A stretch of DNA of 63,911 nt, counting the filler, from Blastocystis sp. subtype 4 (Eukaryota), in assembly GCF_000743755.1 (NCBI RefSeq). It is 13 parts of 13 records of this genome, joined end to end, with 100 filler letters (N's around TTAATTAATTAA, not from the genome) between each part and the next. Parts side by side here need not be neighbours in the genome. Positions count along the whole stretch, not along the records: positions 59,887 to 63,911 come from NW_014569017.1; 12 more parts are not named here. The stretch is one strand, 5' to 3'. Every line of letters begins with the position of its first letter. Within the stretch, counting starts at the first letter, position 1. Under the pieces are notes generated by a model, which was not told the origin of the DNA, searched no databases, and saw only the letters and a list, made by a program, of their open reading frames with translations. Positions 62,965 through 63,911 of the stretch are shown here, piece by piece. The position numbers and the translations under genes are program-made.

Positions 62965-63755
62965 ATGACAGAAACCGACCTTCTCATTGATCCCATTTCT
63001 AAAGAATATGATCTTGTAAATACTCAAATTCAATACTATCATTATCTAGAGAGAGCGTTTAGTTGAACTTCCTACTCTTTACGATATTCTAGGAGTTAAT
63101 AATATTGATTATGTATAAATCATGTTATGAATTCAATGAAAGGGATTTGATAACAAAACTGCGTTACTGAAACTACAAAGAGAAGGGTTCAATAAGGTTA
63201 CTCCTCCTATCAATTTGCCTTCATGGATGTGTTGTTTGCTTCCTTGTGTGAAAGCACTTCGTTCAACTCCTTTCTTTCTCTTAATAATAGCTCGAATGAA
63301 ACAATACAATTCTATGTGTCCAACTACAGCAAGAGTTCTTCGAGAAGGTCGTGTTTTGGTTCTTGATGCTGGAGATTTGGTTGTTGGTGATATTGTAATT
63401 GGTCTTTTATCTCATTCATCTTGTAGATCTTTCTTAAGCCAGATATGATAGTTCCTGCAGATTGTCGCTTAGTGGCCTGTAGTGAGCATATTCAAGTAGA
63501 TCGTTCATTCTTCTTTTCAGAGAATCCAATTATGGAATGTTATTCTTCAAGGTAGGAGTGAGTTCTTGTGTGAGAGTTAGTTTGTCTCCTTCTCACTCAA
63601 CTCATTTGTTCTATCAAACTGATTTGTGTTTCATGGCAACACGAGTGATAACTGGAGAAGCAAAAGCACTTGTACTTCGAACAGGAGATAACACATTTTG
63701 GGGTCATTTGTGTGCTTATAAGAGGAAAGAATCATTCTTGTTGAATGTTTGTTGA
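62965..63755 (+). CDS. Truncated P2-type ATPase-like protein (N-terminal and actuator domains only), spliced
   Basis: EGFNKVTPP, ARVLREG, LVVGDIV, VPADCR, CFMAT, RTGDNTFWG, then stop and TGTTTGTT. Confidence 0.65.
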
Positions 63756-63911
63756 CTGTTTCATACTTGGAATTATGTCAATCAATCTCAATTCTGTTTC
63801 AAACAAACAGTGGAGTTATGGACTTTGCTTACTTGGCACGGACAGTGCTGTTAATGATACCGACAGCAACAGTCTGTCTCATATCACGAACAGCGAAACG
63901 ACCAAGAGGAG

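Overview
This window is not one locus. It is about 13 unrelated contigs of 4.0-7 kb joined by artificial 100-nt spacers (N44-TTAATTAATTAA-N44). The ~30-nt GT-AG introns and the TGTTTGTT motif just after gene ends point to the gut stramenopile Blastocystis (inference). Host content includes Vps36, a TMX-type thioredoxin, a TAZ/CW/ARID chromatin protein, MCAT/FabD, a TBC RabGAP, ALDH3, a GT61, RFC1, ADP-forming acetate-CoA ligase, NDUFA8, a UCH, two tRNAs, several large surface-protein paralogs, a legumain pseudogene and a hAT transposon. The main signal is an intron-free endogenous Polinton/Maverick-type dsDNA virus spread over four contigs. Its parts are (AGT)3-capped terminal repeats, a morphogenesis module (three tandem penton-like genes, A32-type packaging ATPase, adenain-like protease, GG-A-repeat core precursor) and a replication arm (SSB-like protein, N-terminus of a protein-primed PolB). 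No major capsid protein or integrase is visible in the window. All family calls come from motif recognition by eye; no database search was run.
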